A DNA stretch of 64,000 bases. It comes from Aulosira sp. ZfuVER01. GTDB lineage: Bacteria; Cyanobacteriota; Cyanobacteriia; Cyanobacteriales; Nostocaceae. Location: assembly GCA_034530615.2 (NCBI GenBank), contig JAVRCV020000065.1, positions 64,001 through 128,000 on the forward strand, written 5' to 3'. This document shows, piece by piece, positions 1 to 11,138 of the stretch; the first letter of the stretch is position 1, and each line of letters starts with the position of its first letter. The notes under the pieces were generated by a model. That model was given only the letters and a program-made list of their open reading frames with translations, was not told the DNA's origin and ran no database searches. The translations under genes and the position numbers were made by a program.

Positions 1-2
1 TG

Positions 3-656
3 TTTTGTGGACCTCCTGGAACTGGAAAAACAACAGTAGCTCGTCTAATGGGCGAAATCTACAAAGAACTGGGGATACTTTCTAAAGGTCATCTGGTCGA
101 AACTGATCGATCTGGATTAGTAGCAGGTTATATTGGGCAAACTGCTATTAAAGTTGATGCAATTATTGAATCAGCATTAGACGGCGTGCTGTTTATTGAT
201 GAAGCCTATGCATTAAAGCCAGAAAATTCACGCAATGATTTCGGACAAGAAGCTATAGATACTCTTTTGAAAAGAATGGAGGATTATAGAGACAGGCTAG
301 TAGTGATAGTGGCTGGTTATAATGAAGAAATGTCTAGATTTATAGATGCTAATCCTGGATTGCAGTCAAGATTTAACAAATATTTTTATTTTGAAGATTA
401 TCAGCCTAACGACTTACTAAACATTTTTGAAAACATTTGTGAGCAACATCATTTCCATCTTACTGAGCAATCACAAAAAGCATTACTGCATAAATTAAAT
501 GATTTATATGTAAGCCGAGATAAAAAGTTTGGTAATGGAAGGCTTGTGAGAAATATATTTGAAAAAACTATTGAGAAGCAAGCAAACAGACTTGTCACAA
601 TTCCTGGAGTCAGCAAGGAAATGATGATGCAAATTATGCCCGAAGATATAGCTTGA
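3..656 (+). CDS. AAA+ ATPase, CbbX/SpoVK family (5'-truncated by window edge)
   Basis: Frame is open from base 3: FCGPPGTGKTTVARLM (Walker A), VLFIDEAY (Walker B), NPGLQSRF and FGNGRLVRN motifs typical of CbbX/SpoVK AAA domains. Confidence 0.85.
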   Translation, partial: FCGPPGTGKTTVARLMGEIYKELGILSKGHLVETDRSGLVAGYIGQTAIKVDAIIESALDGVLFIDEAYALKPENSRNDFGQEAIDTLLKRMEDYRDRLVVIVAGYNEEMSRFIDANPGLQSRFNKYFYFEDYQPNDLLNIFENICEQHHFHLTEQSQKALLHKLNDLYVSRDKKFGNGRLVRNIFEKTIEKQANRLVTIPGVSKEMMMQIMPEDIA

Positions 657-820
657 ACATAATAGGCTTGTCAGACAGATTTTTCTCTGCTGTGGCTTAT
701 TTCCTAATAATAAAAGTCTAGGAACAATTAAGCGAGTGAGTGCATCTTTTCTCATGCCAAAACGCAAAGACACTCAGAATAAACTTTGCGTCTTTGCGTG
801 AGATTGTAATTCTAAATTCT

Positions 821-2593
821 TTACGATGCTACCTGAGCAGCAGTCCTAGGCCGCCGTCTTCTACCATCGCTGACTTTTACAGGTGGCTCATCAGGAATCT
901 GCATTAACAATGTCACAGTAGGTTGACATTGCAGTTCCCGACGGATAGAGCGTTGCAATTCTCTTTCTAACATTCCTTGCAATCCACCCCAATCTACCTC
1001 GAATTGCTCACCTTCACGCGGTTGGGCAAATTCTAACCAGCGAACGCTCAATATTTCTTCAATTCGCTGTTGTACCCATTTTTGGAGGAGCGATCGCTCT
1101 ATACTTGTGACTACACCCCGCAGGTGAATTTCTGGCTTGGCTAATAATTTCCCACTCCAATCAATGGCGGCGGCGATGGTAACAATACCTTCGGAAGCCA
1201 TGCGTTGGCGTTCTTGCAGTACTTTGGCACTAACCATACCAGAACTAGTTGTATCCACCAGTTCAATGCCAGATGGCACTTTACCAGCAACGCGGATGGC
1301 ATCTTCTGTCAATTCCACGATATCGCCATTCTGGATAATAATCATGTTTTCTGGAGGAATGCCCATACTCTGCGCTGTTTGGGCGTGCTTCACCAGCATT
1401 CGATGCTCGCCGTGAAAGGGCACAAAAAACTTTGGTCGAGTTAAGGCAATCATCAGTTTTTGGTCTTCTTGACAACCGTGACCAGAAACGTGAATTCCTT
1501 TATCTCGACCATAGACTACGTTTGCCCCTTGGAGCATCAATTTATCTATCGTATTAACAACCGCGATCGTATTGCCAGGAATCGGGTTAGCGGAGAAGAC
1601 TACTGTATCTCCTTGACGAATTTTAATGTGGGGGTGTTCTTTGTTAGCAATTCTTGTCATTGCTGCCATCGTCTCACCCTGAGAACCAGTTGTGAGAATC
1701 AGCACGTTCTCATCTGGTAAACTGCGAACAGTGTGCAACGGTTGCAGAAGATGATCTGGACACTTGATGTAACCTAGATTGCGAGCATGGGCAATCAAAT
1801 TTAGCATCGAACGCCCGACAACTGTCACTGTGCGGTTGTGCTTCTGCGCCAAATCCAAAATCATGTTGATGCGATGGACGCTAGAAGCAAAAGTAGTGAC
1901 AAATAATCTCCCGGTAGCTTGAGAAAATACTCGATCGAGATTGGGATACACGGAACGTTCAGAAGGGGTGAATCCTGGTACTTCTGAGTTAGTTGAATCA
2001 CTCAACAAACAAAGCACGCCTTTTTCACCGTGTTCTGCTAACCGTTGTAAGTCAAATCTTTCACCATCCACTGGGGTGTGGTCAATTTTAAAGTCTCCTG
2101 TATGGATGACTATACCTAGGGGTGTATGAATAGCAACGGTAAAGCTATCAGCAATGGAGTGGGTATTGCGAATGTATTCAACAAAGAAGGATTTGCCAAT
2201 TCTGACTACATCCCGAGGAAGAACCGATCTTAATTCTGTGCGATCGCGTACTCCTGCTTCTTCTAATTTACCCTCTAGCATCGCCATTGCTAGTCTCGGT
2301 CCATAAATTACGGGTATGTCAAATTGCTTGAGGTGAAATGCAATCCCGCCGATATGGTCTTCATGACCGTGGGTGACAATCATCCCTTTAATTTTATGGC
2401 GATTTTCCCGTAGATATGTGGTATCTGGCAGGACAATATTTACACCATGCATTGCCTCAGTAGGAAAGGCTAAACCTGCATCTAATAAGATAATTTCATC
2501 GTCATACTCGAAAACACAAGTATTTTTACCAATTTCATGTAAACCGCCCAAAGGAATAATTTTGAGGGCGGAGTTAGCTTCGTTTTTAGCCAT
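821..2593 (-). CDS. rnj: Ribonuclease J
   Basis: IPLGGLHEIGKN, THGHEDHIG metallo-beta-lactamase motif, HVSGH; conserved position downstream of dapA. Confidence 0.95.
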   Translation of the reverse strand: MAKNEANSALKIIPLGGLHEIGKNTCVFEYDDEIILLDAGLAFPTEAMHGVNIVLPDTTYLRENRHKIKGMIVTHGHEDHIGGIAFHLKQFDIPVIYGPRLAMAMLEGKLEEAGVRDRTELRSVLPRDVVRIGKSFFVEYIRNTHSIADSFTVAIHTPLGIVIHTGDFKIDHTPVDGERFDLQRLAEHGEKGVLCLLSDSTNSEVPGFTPSERSVYPNLDRVFSQATGRLFVTTFASSVHRINMILDLAQKHNRTVTVVGRSMLNLIAHARNLGYIKCPDHLLQPLHTVRSLPDENVLILTTGSQGETMAAMTRIANKEHPHIKIRQGDTVVFSANPIPGNTIAVVNTIDKLMLQGANVVYGRDKGIHVSGHGCQEDQKLMIALTRPKFFVPFHGEHRMLVKHAQTAQSMGIPPENMIIIQNGDIVELTEDAIRVAGKVPSGIELVDTTSSGMVSAKVLQERQRMASEGIVTIAAAIDWSGKLLAKPEIHLRGVVTSIERSLLQKWVQQRIEEILSVRWLEFAQPREGEQFEVDWGGLQGMLERELQRSIRRELQCQPTVTLLMQIPDEPPVKVSDGRRRRPRTAAQVAS

Positions 2594-2880
2594 TTGCTCC
2601 TTGAATTGTTGTTTGTGGTTAATTTAAGTTAAAAAGTTAGCCTCTTGTATCAAAGACAACATTAGCTGTCTTATAAAGTCCTTCCCAAAGCAGCTTGTTT
2701 AAATCAGAATCTTCTATTGTTTGTTCAATAAAAATGGATTTTACGCTGAAGGATTCATAGTATAACTATTCAGTCGTAGCACAGGAGTTTCAAGTGCAAC
2801 CTGGTAAAAATTATGTATTTTCCTTATTTATTATGTATCTTTGGAAACTCATAACTTGCTAGTAATCAACAAGTTGGTAC

Positions 2881-3765
2881 TTAGATTAAATTAAGTTCTT
2901 TTAGCACCACCTCTAACTTATGACTGACTTCTGGATCGGCTTCGCATAGTGGCGGACGAGTTGAACCTACCTCCCAACCTTGAAGTTTTAGTGCTTTTTT
3001 AACTGGAATGGGATTTGTAGTTAAAAATAAAGCTTTAAACAGCGGAAAAAGTTGAAGATGAATTTGAGTCGCGACTTGGGTTTTACCCGCATTAAAAGCT
3101 TGGATCATCTGCTGTAGTTGATTTCCTACCAGATGAGAAGCTACGCTTACCACACCCTTTGCTCCGATCGCTAACAAAGGCAGGGTTAAAGAATCATCTC
3201 CAGCGTAAATCTGAAATTCTTGTGGTGTCAAGCGGCGAATTTCACTTGCCTGATCTAAACTTCCACTAGCTTCTTTTATCCCAACAATATTATTAATCTC
3301 CGCTAACCGGGCAACTGTTTCGGAACTGAGGTTTTGACCGGTACGACCAGGAATGTTGTACAACAACACAGGTAGGTCGGGACAGGCTTGTGCTACCGCC
3401 TGAAAGTGCTGGTAAAGTCCTGCTTGTGGCGGTTTATTGTAATAAGGAACAACTTGTAAAGATCCATGTACTCCTATTTTAGCTGCCTTTTGGGTGGCGG
3501 CGATCGCTTCTTTTGTGGAGTTGGAACCACACCCTGCTATCACCTTGGCTTTTCCAGCTACAGCCTGCAACACCTCAACAAACAACTGGTATTCCTCCTC
3601 CCAAGTCAAGGTAGGGGATTCCCCTGTTGTACCACACACTACTAATGTATCTGTACCGTTGTTAGCTAGATGTGCTGCTAGTTCTGCCGCTACATCATAG
3701 TTGACACTACCGTCTTCTTTAAACGGCGTAATCATAGCGGTTAAAACTCTGCCAAAATCTCCCAC
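2881..3765 (-). CDS. dapA: 4-hydroxy-tetrahydrodipicolinate synthase
   Basis: [28 protein letters not shown] motifs; GTG start. Confidence 0.95.
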   Translation of the reverse strand: MGDFGRVLTAMITPFKEDGSVNYDVAAELAAHLANNGTDTLVVCGTTGESPTLTWEEEYQLFVEVLQAVAGKAKVIAGCGSNSTKEAIAATQKAAKIGVHGSLQVVPYYNKPPQAGLYQHFQAVAQACPDLPVLLYNIPGRTGQNLSSETVARLAEINNIVGIKEASGSLDQASEIRRLTPQEFQIYAGDDSLTLPLLAIGAKGVVSVASHLVGNQLQQMIQAFNAGKTQVATQIHLQLFPLFKALFLTTNPIPVKKALKLQGWEVGSTRPPLCEADPEVSHKLEVVLKELNLI

Positions 3766-3927
3766 CCTCTTTTCACTCCTGATTACCTTTTTTGTTTTTT
3801 TGTAGCTTGGTGGTTTTCTATTTTAATAACCTATTTGCAAATTACTTTCAAGCTCTATCCGCACATTTGCTAGGATTTTTCTCTATCTTTATTGAGGCTA
3901 AATAGCCGCAATTTTATTTGCTATTTT

Positions 3928-4971
3928 TTAACTCATAGCCTTTGCCACTTCAGGCTTTAGTAGATTTTTTTCTACTAATAACTCGGCAATTTGTACTGCA
4001 TTTAAAGCTGCGCCTTTACGGATTTGGTCACCACATAACCATAGTTCCAAGCCGCACGGATGAGAAATGTCTTGACGAATTCTTCCTACTAAAACTTCAT
4101 CTTTCCCAGTAGCTTCAATTGGCATAGGAAAATAATTTGCTCTCCAATCTTCTACTAATTTCACCCCAGGAGAGTGACTCAATATTTCTCTAGCTTCATC
4201 TGGACTAAAAGGCGTCTCAAATTCTATGTTAACTGCTTCTGAGTGGGCACGGAGTACGGGAACCCGCACACAAGTGGCGGTAATTCTCATTTGCTGTGCG
4301 CCAAAAATTTTGCGAGTTTCGTTGACCATTTTCATTTCTTCCTCGCAGTATCCCCAATCGTTGAGTGGGGAATTATGGGGAAATAAATTAAATGCCAAGG
4401 GGTAAGGCAAAACTTCTGCAACTGGTGTTTTTCCTTCTAAGATGGTGCTGGCCTGAGTTTTCACTTCTGCCATTGCTTTAGCACCAGCACCACTAGCAGA
4501 TTGATAGGTTGCAATCACCAGCCGTTGGATTGGTCTGATTTTGTGTAGAGGCCATAATGCCACTGCCAGTAAAATTGTTGTGCAGTTGGGATTAGCAATA
4601 ATGCCTTGATGATGAGCCGCTGCTTGGGGATTTACCTCTGGTACTACCAAAGGCACTTCCTCGTTCATGCGAAAGGCACTGGAGTTATCAATTACGACTG
4701 CGCCTTTATCTACCGCTTTTGCTGCCCAAGTTTTGGATGTAGAACCACCTGCACTTGCTAATACTATATCTATGCCCTCAAAGGCGCGATCGCTTACTGC
4801 CTCTATTGGCAAATTTTCTCCTTTAAAAGGCAGCGTTCGCCCTACGCTCCTCTCTGATGCCAACAACTTTAAATTGGATAGCGGAAAATTCCGACTCTCC
4901 AATAATTCCAGCAACTCAGTACCAACAGCACCAGTTGCGCCCAAAATAGCTACACTATAGGATTTAGACAA
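3928..4971 (-). CDS. asd: Aspartate-semialdehyde dehydrogenase
   Basis: GATGAVG, IDNSSAFRM, ANPNCTT, TYQSASGAG, DQIRKGAA. Confidence 0.95.
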   Translation of the reverse strand: MSKSYSVAILGATGAVGTELLELLESRNFPLSNLKLLASERSVGRTLPFKGENLPIEAVSDRAFEGIDIVLASAGGSTSKTWAAKAVDKGAVVIDNSSAFRMNEEVPLVVPEVNPQAAAHHQGIIANPNCTTILLAVALWPLHKIRPIQRLVIATYQSASGAGAKAMAEVKTQASTILEGKTPVAEVLPYPLAFNLFPHNSPLNDWGYCEEEMKMVNETRKIFGAQQMRITATCVRVPVLRAHSEAVNIEFETPFSPDEAREILSHSPGVKLVEDWRANYFPMPIEATGKDEVLVGRIRQDISHPCGLELWLCGDQIRKGAALNAVQIAELLVEKNLLKPEVAKAMS

Positions 4972-5659
4972 CCTTACTTCCTCCTTTAAGAGGTTATTTA
5001 TGATTTATTGAACCAATGCAAAACTTATTTCACTAGTTAAATTGCAGTTGTATACATTAAATAAATTTTTCTTTACTGGAAATTTCTTATTTATTACACT
5101 ATTTAAGTTTTCTTGATTTAATAAATTAATTAACTTTTCAGTTTTTCCTAATTTCCTTTGCTTTCCTGACATTCATATTTTGTTACTTTTATTTAAATTA
5201 TTGTAATTATACAACGAATTTATCAGCAGCGAAAGAATTAAAATTCTGTACTTACACATTGTTGAAGTTTCAGAGTTTGCCAGCTAATTCAACAATTTTG
5301 CCTGTTCATTTGTGCTGCAAAGATGATGGATGTACTATGATCCAAGTGAAACAAACAATCAAACAAAAGCCTGACCTATGCAGCAATGCTGTCAGTCCCA
5401 ATAAATCCAAACTGGCAATTCAAATTCCTACTTGAAGACCAGGATATCACGCTGTTAGCCCTCTGAATCATAAATCCACTTTTGTGTCTGGATATGGAGT
5501 GCGCAACCCCCATATATCAGCACATAACCTGTGGTGGTTGATTCCGGGAGCAATGATTGGGACGGGAGCATGAATGACTGTATTGTAATCGACATTTTGG
5601 AGATGCGATCGGTAAACTTATTGCGCTAAAGTGTTCAGTCTTTTGCCATTAGCAGTACA

Positions 5660-5736
5660 CTGGATAACTGCTGAAGCGCAAAGTCTGAGCGGAGGTTGCC
5701 TCCGATCAGAACTTTGTAAGAAGGGCAGTTATCCAG
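5660..5736. repeat. Long hairpin: 12-bp inverted repeat enclosing a small dispersed repeat
   Basis: CTGGATAACTGC (5660-71) / GCAGTTATCCAG (5725-36) flank GCGCAAAGTCTGAGCGGAGGTTGCCTCCGATCAGAACTTTGTAAGA, which recurs (interrupted) at 9893-10026. Confidence 0.75.
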
Positions 5737-5861
5737 ATTTGGATTCTCATTATGCCTTGTGGGCATTTGCCATCCCAGCGAAGAGACATCAACGAACAGA
5801 AGCGATCAATCGCGTTTTGTCTGTACTCGGAGTCAAAAATACCAGAAAACAGAGACGAAGC

Positions 5862-7310
5862 ATGAAAGTCACCCAGGAAAAACTTCCCGCCAGTCAAATA
5901 GGATTGGAAATAGAGATTACGCCAGAAATTACCAAGCAAACTTACGAACAGGTAATTAAAAACCTAGCTAGTACTGCCAATATTCCTGGGTTTCGCAAAG
6001 GCAAAGTGCCTCGGCAGATATTGCTACAGCGCCTAGGCACAACTCGCATCAAAGCAGCAGCCCTGGAAGAACTAATTCAAGATGGTATCGAAAAAGCTGT
6101 CAAACAAGAAGAAATTCCAGCAATTGGGCAACCGCAGTTACGCTCTTCCTTTGATGAATTGATTAATAATTATCAACCAGGGCAACCGCTGATCTTTTCT
6201 GCTGCTGTCGATGTGGAGCCAGAAATCCAGATAGCGCAGTATACAGGTTTAGCAGCCAAAGCGGAGGAAGTCAAATATGACCCAGCTCGCGTTGATGAGG
6301 TTCTGGATAAAGAACGCCAAGAACTGGGAACTTTGATTCCGGTGGAAGGGCGTGCTGCTCAAATTGGCGATGTCGCAGTCTTAGACTTTAAAGGCGTATT
6401 GGCAAAAGCTGAAGGTGAAGACGAATCCGCAGAACCAACCCCCATTCCCGGCGGAGAAGCCAGCGATTTTCAAGTGGAATTATACGAAGATCGATTTATT
6501 CCCGGATTTGTATCTGGCATAGTCGGAATGAATCCAGGGGAAACCAAAGAAATTTCGGCTCAGTTCCCAGATCCTTATGCTAACGAAGAGTTAGCAGGCA
6601 AACCTGCTGTGTTTACAGTGACGTTGAATGAACTCAAAGAAAAAGAGTTACCTGAATTGGATGATGATTTTGCTAAGGAAGTCAGCGACTTTGACACATT
6701 AGCGGAATTGCGCGCCTCTTTAGAAGAGAAATATCAAAAAGAAGCGGAACAAAAAACCAAAGCCAATAAACAAGAAGCCTTATTGGCGGAACTGCTCAAG
6801 CAAGTAGAAGTTGACTTACCAGCCACTTTAATTGAGCAAGAAGTAGATGCGATGCTGACGCAAACAGCAATTCGGCTGTCGCAGCAGGGACTAGATGTGC
6901 GGAAATTATTTACCCAAGATATTATTCCGCAGTTACGGGCGCGATCGCGCGATGAAGCCATTGAACGCCTGAAACGCTCCCTCGCTTTGCGCGAAGTCAG
7001 TAAACGTGAATCTATCCAGGTGACAGATCAAGAAATTCAAGCTAGAGTCACAGAACTGTTACAGCAGTACTCACAAGAAGAGGTGGACGAAGATAGACTG
7101 CGTTCCGTAGTAGAAAATGAACTGTCAACCGAAAAAATCGTCGATTGGCTGTTAGAACACTCATCAGTTGAACTTGTCCCCGAAGGCTCTTTGAGTACCC
7201 CAGAAGCAACCGAAACTTTAGATACAGAATCAGAGGCTGTCTCTGCATCTGTAGTAGAGGGAGAAATTGGCGAAGCTGCTACTAGCGAAGAGTCCACCAA
7301 TCCTGAGTAA
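5862..7310 (+). CDS. tig: Trigger factor
   Basis: MKVTQEKLP start, IPGFRKGKVP ribosome-binding signature, FKBP domain FIPGF; start moved to ATG 5862. Confidence 0.95.
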   Translation: MKVTQEKLPASQIGLEIEITPEITKQTYEQVIKNLASTANIPGFRKGKVPRQILLQRLGTTRIKAAALEELIQDGIEKAVKQEEIPAIGQPQLRSSFDELINNYQPGQPLIFSAAVDVEPEIQIAQYTGLAAKAEEVKYDPARVDEVLDKERQELGTLIPVEGRAAQIGDVAVLDFKGVLAKAEGEDESAEPTPIPGGEASDFQVELYEDRFIPGFVSGIVGMNPGETKEISAQFPDPYANEELAGKPAVFTVTLNELKEKELPELDDDFAKEVSDFDTLAELRASLEEKYQKEAEQKTKANKQEALLAELLKQVEVDLPATLIEQEVDAMLTQTAIRLSQQGLDVRKLFTQDIIPQLRARSRDEAIERLKRSLALREVSKRESIQVTDQEIQARVTELLQQYSQEEVDEDRLRSVVENELSTEKIVDWLLEHSSVELVPEGSLSTPEATETLDTESEAVSASVVEGEIGEAATSEESTNPE

Positions 7311-7766
7311 GTTCCTCGTCAGGACTTTAGTATTGGATTTTTAAACGCTAAAGTCCTCACCCTCCTCTGTAGAATAGACTTCTGCCGTGCTGTACTTGTG
7401 CAACATGGCAGAAATAACAATCTACTTGCAAAAAGTGGAAAAGTCTGTAAAATAAGCTTTCTTAACCCTTGGACTTTTTGCAGTCACTTATCGGGAGCCA
7501 GTTCGTTTCGGGGTAAAAGACGGACTCAGCACTTTTTCAAGTTAACTACGCGGCTAGCTCCTTAAAACCTAAAACTTAATACAATGGTTAAGAAATTTTA
7601 AAGAAAATACCATCCCTAGTGCTGCCGTGGCTAGATACTGTGTTACACGAGAAATTTTAGATGAGGCATAATGGTTAACACATAGCTCAAATAACAATCT
7701 AAATTAGTGAAAGAGGCAGCACTTGCTGCTTTGGTCTTTGTCCCACTTAGTTGTCAAATGTTTTTT

Positions 7767-8465
7767 ATGCTTGTATCGCAGTCGGGAAATTACCCAATTA
7801 GCAGCTTAAGTCGAATAAATATTAATTCCCACTTGAGCGGCCCCAACAACATCGTACCGATGGTGGTAGAACAATCCGGTATGGGAGAAAGGGCATTCGA
7901 CATCTACTCCCGCCTACTGCGAGAGCGGATTATCTTTTTGGGAACGCCCATAGACGATGCTGTTGCCAATTCGATTGTTGCCCAATTATTGTTCCTGGAT
8001 GCCGAAGACTCAGAAAAGGACATTCAGCTATACATTAACTCTCCTGGTGGCTCGGTCTACGCAGGCATGGCAATCTATGATACAATACAACAAATCCGTC
8101 CCGATGTTGTTACCATCTGTTTTGGATTAGCCGCAAGCATGGGGGCATTTTTGTTAACAGCAGGGACTAAAGGTAAGCGCATGTCTCTACCTGACTCCCG
8201 GATTATGATTCACCAACCACTTGGGGGCGCTCAAGGGCAGGCAATTGACATTGAAATTCAAGCTAGAGAAATTCTTTACATTAAGGGTAAGTTGAATCAG
8301 TTAATGTCTGAGCATACTGGTCAACCCCTAGAAAGAATTGAAGCAGATACGGAACGCGACTTTTTCATGTCGGCAGAAGAAGCGAAAACCTACGGTTTGA
8401 TCGACCAAGTTATTTCCAGACAAAATATTCCCACACCAGGGGAAAACGTCACCATTCTGAAATAA
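7767..8465 (+). CDS. clpP: ATP-dependent Clp protease proteolytic subunit
   Basis: [37 protein letters not shown]; exact start uncertain (7758 or 7767). Confidence 0.95.
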   Translation: MLVSQSGNYPISSLSRININSHLSGPNNIVPMVVEQSGMGERAFDIYSRLLRERIIFLGTPIDDAVANSIVAQLLFLDAEDSEKDIQLYINSPGGSVYAGMAIYDTIQQIRPDVVTICFGLAASMGAFLLTAGTKGKRMSLPDSRIMIHQPLGGAQGQAIDIEIQAREILYIKGKLNQLMSEHTGQPLERIEADTERDFFMSAEEAKTYGLIDQVISRQNIPTPGENVTILK

Positions 8466-8474
8466 GAGGCTGGT

Positions 8475-9818
8475 ATGTCTAAGTACGACTCCCATTTAAA
8501 ATGTTCGTTTTGTGGCAAGTCTCAAGAGCAGGTGCGTAAGTTGATCGCAGGGCCGGGAGTCTACATCTGCGATGAATGCGTTGACTTGTGTAATGAAATA
8601 CTAGACGAAGAGTTACTCGACACTAATGGTGCCGCAGCATCCCAACCAACACCAAAGTCCGAGCCTCCTCAGAAACGCCGTACCCGCTCTTCCAGTCTCT
8701 CCTTTAACCAAATACCCAAGCCCAGAGAGATTAAAAAGTATCTAGACGAACACGTCATTGGTCAAGACGAAGCGAAGAAAGTACTGTCAGTCGCGGTCTA
8801 CAATCACTATAAGCGTCTGGCAATAGTTCAATCTAAAGCCAGTGGTAAAGCTGGGACAGAAGATGCCGTAGAACTGCAAAAGTCCAATATTTTGTTGATT
8901 GGCCCCACTGGTTGCGGCAAAACCCTCCTGGCGCAAACGCTAGCGAAAATTTTAGATGTACCCTTCGCCGTTGCCGATGCCACAACTCTGACGGAAGCGG
9001 GTTATGTGGGCGAAGATGTGGAAAACATCTTGCTGCGGCTGTTGCAAGTGGCAGACTTGGATGTAGAGGAAGCGCAGCGGGGGATTATCTACATCGATGA
9101 AATTGACAAAATTGCTCGCAAGAGTGAAAATCCCTCAATTACACGCGATGTTTCTGGCGAAGGCGTACAGCAAGCGTTGCTGAAAATGTTGGAAGGAACG
9201 ATCGCTAACGTACCACCCCAAGGAGGACGGAAGCATCCCTATCAAGACTGTATCCAAATTGATACCAGCAATATCCTGTTTATCTGTGGTGGAGCCTTCG
9301 TTGGTTTAGAGAAGGTAGTAGATCAGAGAGTGGGTAAAAAGTCAATAGGCTTTGTGCAACCTGGAGAAGGGCAAACAAAAGAAAAACGTGCAGCAGATAC
9401 GCTTCGCTATCTAGAACCGGATGACTTAGTAAAATTTGGTATGATTCCCGAATTTATCGGGCGGATACCAATGGTAGCCGTAGTAGATCCGCTAGATGAA
9501 GAAGCTTTAATGGCAATTCTCACTCAACCACGCAGTGCTTTAGTCAAGCAGTACCAAAAACTGCTGAAGATGGACAATGTTCAATTAGACTTTAAACCAG
9601 AAGCCTTGCGAGCGATCGCTCAAGAAGCCTACCGTCGCAAAACTGGAGCTAGAGCATTACGGGGCATTGTCGAAGAACTCATGTTGGATGTGATGTATGA
9701 ATTACCATCTCGCAAGGATGTAACTCGCTGTACAGTCACGCGGGAAATGGTTGAGAAGCGTTCAACTGCTGAACTCTTAGTACATCCCTCTTCCCTACCC
9801 AAGCCAGAATCAGCATAA
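8475..9818 (+). CDS. clpX: ATP-dependent Clp protease ATP-binding subunit
   Basis: C4 zinc finger [27 protein letters not shown] loop. Confidence 0.97.
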   Translation: MSKYDSHLKCSFCGKSQEQVRKLIAGPGVYICDECVDLCNEILDEELLDTNGAAASQPTPKSEPPQKRRTRSSSLSFNQIPKPREIKKYLDEHVIGQDEAKKVLSVAVYNHYKRLAIVQSKASGKAGTEDAVELQKSNILLIGPTGCGKTLLAQTLAKILDVPFAVADATTLTEAGYVGEDVENILLRLLQVADLDVEEAQRGIIYIDEIDKIARKSENPSITRDVSGEGVQQALLKMLEGTIANVPPQGGRKHPYQDCIQIDTSNILFICGGAFVGLEKVVDQRVGKKSIGFVQPGEGQTKEKRAADTLRYLEPDDLVKFGMIPEFIGRIPMVAVVDPLDEEALMAILTQPRSALVKQYQKLLKMDNVQLDFKPEALRAIAQEAYRRKTGARALRGIVEELMLDVMYELPSRKDVTRCTVTREMVEKRSTAELLVHPSSLPKPESA

Positions 9819-9820
9819 TA

Positions 9821-10041
9821 GTCAAGAGTCAAGAGTCATTAGTCATTAGTACAAAAAATAATCAATAATAAAGACAAATGACAAATGACAAAGCGCAAAG
9901 TTTAGCCACTGCGTTCCTGAGCCACCCGTGCGGGGGTTCCCCCCGTTGAGGTGAGTGGCGTGTAGCCCTGCGTCGGAAAGCAAGTGGCGTTGAGCGGAGG
10001 TTTCCTCCGAGCAGAACTTTGTAAGATAGGACAAATGACAA
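9821..10041. repeat. STRR heptamer runs interrupted by nested small dispersed repeats
   Basis: GTCAAGA/GTCATTA and GACAAAT tandem heptamers flank a GC-rich composite palindromic element at 9893-10026. Confidence 0.8.
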
Positions 10042-10959
10042 ATGCCTTACATTAATGTTCGTGGCGTTGAGCATTACTACGAGTGGATGAAGAAACCATC
10101 TAATTCTTTGGTAAAGCCAGTGATGGTTTTCATCCACGGTTGGGCTGGCTCGGCTAGGTACTGGCAAAGTACTGCTAATGCTTTATTAGACCAATTTGAT
10201 TGTTTACTTTATGATTTGCGGGGCTTTGGGCGCTCCCGTGGCAAGCCAACCATAGTCCAAGCAAGTGAATCTGTTGCAAAATCGCAATCTCTCCAAGAAG
10301 AAGCGGCAGCAATTCAAGAATTAACTTATGAATTAGAAGAATACGCTGATGATTTGGCAGCGTTGCTAGATAAGTTGCAGCTTCAGCGTGTCTATATCAA
10401 TGCTCACTCAATGGGCGCATCCATTGCAGCGTTGTTTTTTAACCGCTATCCCCAAAAAGTCGAACGGGGAATTTTAACTTGTAGCGGTATTTTTGAGTAC
10501 GACGAAAAAGCCTTTGCCGCTTTTCATAAATTTGGTGGCTACGTAGTCAAATTTCGTCCTAAGTGGTTAGGAAAAATACCATTTGTTGACCGGATGTTTA
10601 TGGCGAGATTTCTATATCGCTCCATACCGAAATCTGAGCGTCAGGCTTTTTTACAAGATTTTTTAGAAGCTGATTATGATGCTGCTTTAGGTACAATTTT
10701 TACTTCAGTGAGTAAAGCACAATCTGAACTGATGCCCCAGGAGTTCGCCAAGCTAACTGTGCCTACATTGCTGGTAGCGGGGGAATATGACAAGATTATT
10801 CCTGCTGAAATGGGGCGTCAAGCCGCAGCCATGAATGAAAAGGTTGAGTTTGCCATGCTTCCTAAGACAGCACATTTTCCAATGTTAGAAGATGCCTCAA
10901 ATTACCTGCGGCGAGTGCGAGAGTTTTTGCAAATTCCCACAGCAGACAAGGCTGATTAA
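10042..10959 (+). CDS. Alpha/beta fold hydrolase
   Basis: FIHGW, YDLRGFGRS, AHSMG nucleophile elbow, AHFPMLE. Confidence 0.9.
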   Translation: MPYINVRGVEHYYEWMKKPSNSLVKPVMVFIHGWAGSARYWQSTANALLDQFDCLLYDLRGFGRSRGKPTIVQASESVAKSQSLQEEAAAIQELTYELEEYADDLAALLDKLQLQRVYINAHSMGASIAALFFNRYPQKVERGILTCSGIFEYDEKAFAAFHKFGGYVVKFRPKWLGKIPFVDRMFMARFLYRSIPKSERQAFLQDFLEADYDAALGTIFTSVSKAQSELMPQEFAKLTVPTLLVAGEYDKIIPAEMGRQAAAMNEKVEFAMLPKTAHFPMLEDASNYLRRVREFLQIPTADKAD

Positions 10960-11111
10960 AGATATGAGTGCGATAAAGTATTAATAAATTTAGCACGATT
11001 TATTTTAGCAATTTCTGCTGCGGCAATTCGCATTTCCTGAACGGATTTTTCAGGCTTTTGGCGAAGTTCTGAAAATCATGTTTTTGGTGATTGAATTGGT
11101 ACTGTTTGCAT
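10956..11111 (-). pseudogene. UPF0175-family (putative antitoxin) pseudogene
   Basis: Manual translation MQTVPIQSPKT*FSELRQKPEKSVQEMRIAAAEIAKINRAKFINTLS: RBS GAGAGGA, in-frame TGA at codon 12, apparent internal deletion relative to the UPF0175 pattern. Confidence 0.65.
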
Positions 11112-11138
11112 AAATTTATCCTCTCAATTCCTCAATCC

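Noticed and set aside
4972..5630. Possible lysine riboswitch or leader peptide before asd-dapA
   Set aside because: No L-box motifs or Lys-rich leader recognised; only a short hairpin near 5491-5518.
5631..5861. N-terminal extension of the tig ORF
   Set aside because: It runs through a hairpin/dispersed repeat; the recognisable protein begins at MKVTQ (5862).
9846..10167. Short ORFs over the clpX-hydrolase gap
   Set aside because: They are translations of STRR/SDR repeats or antisense shadows.
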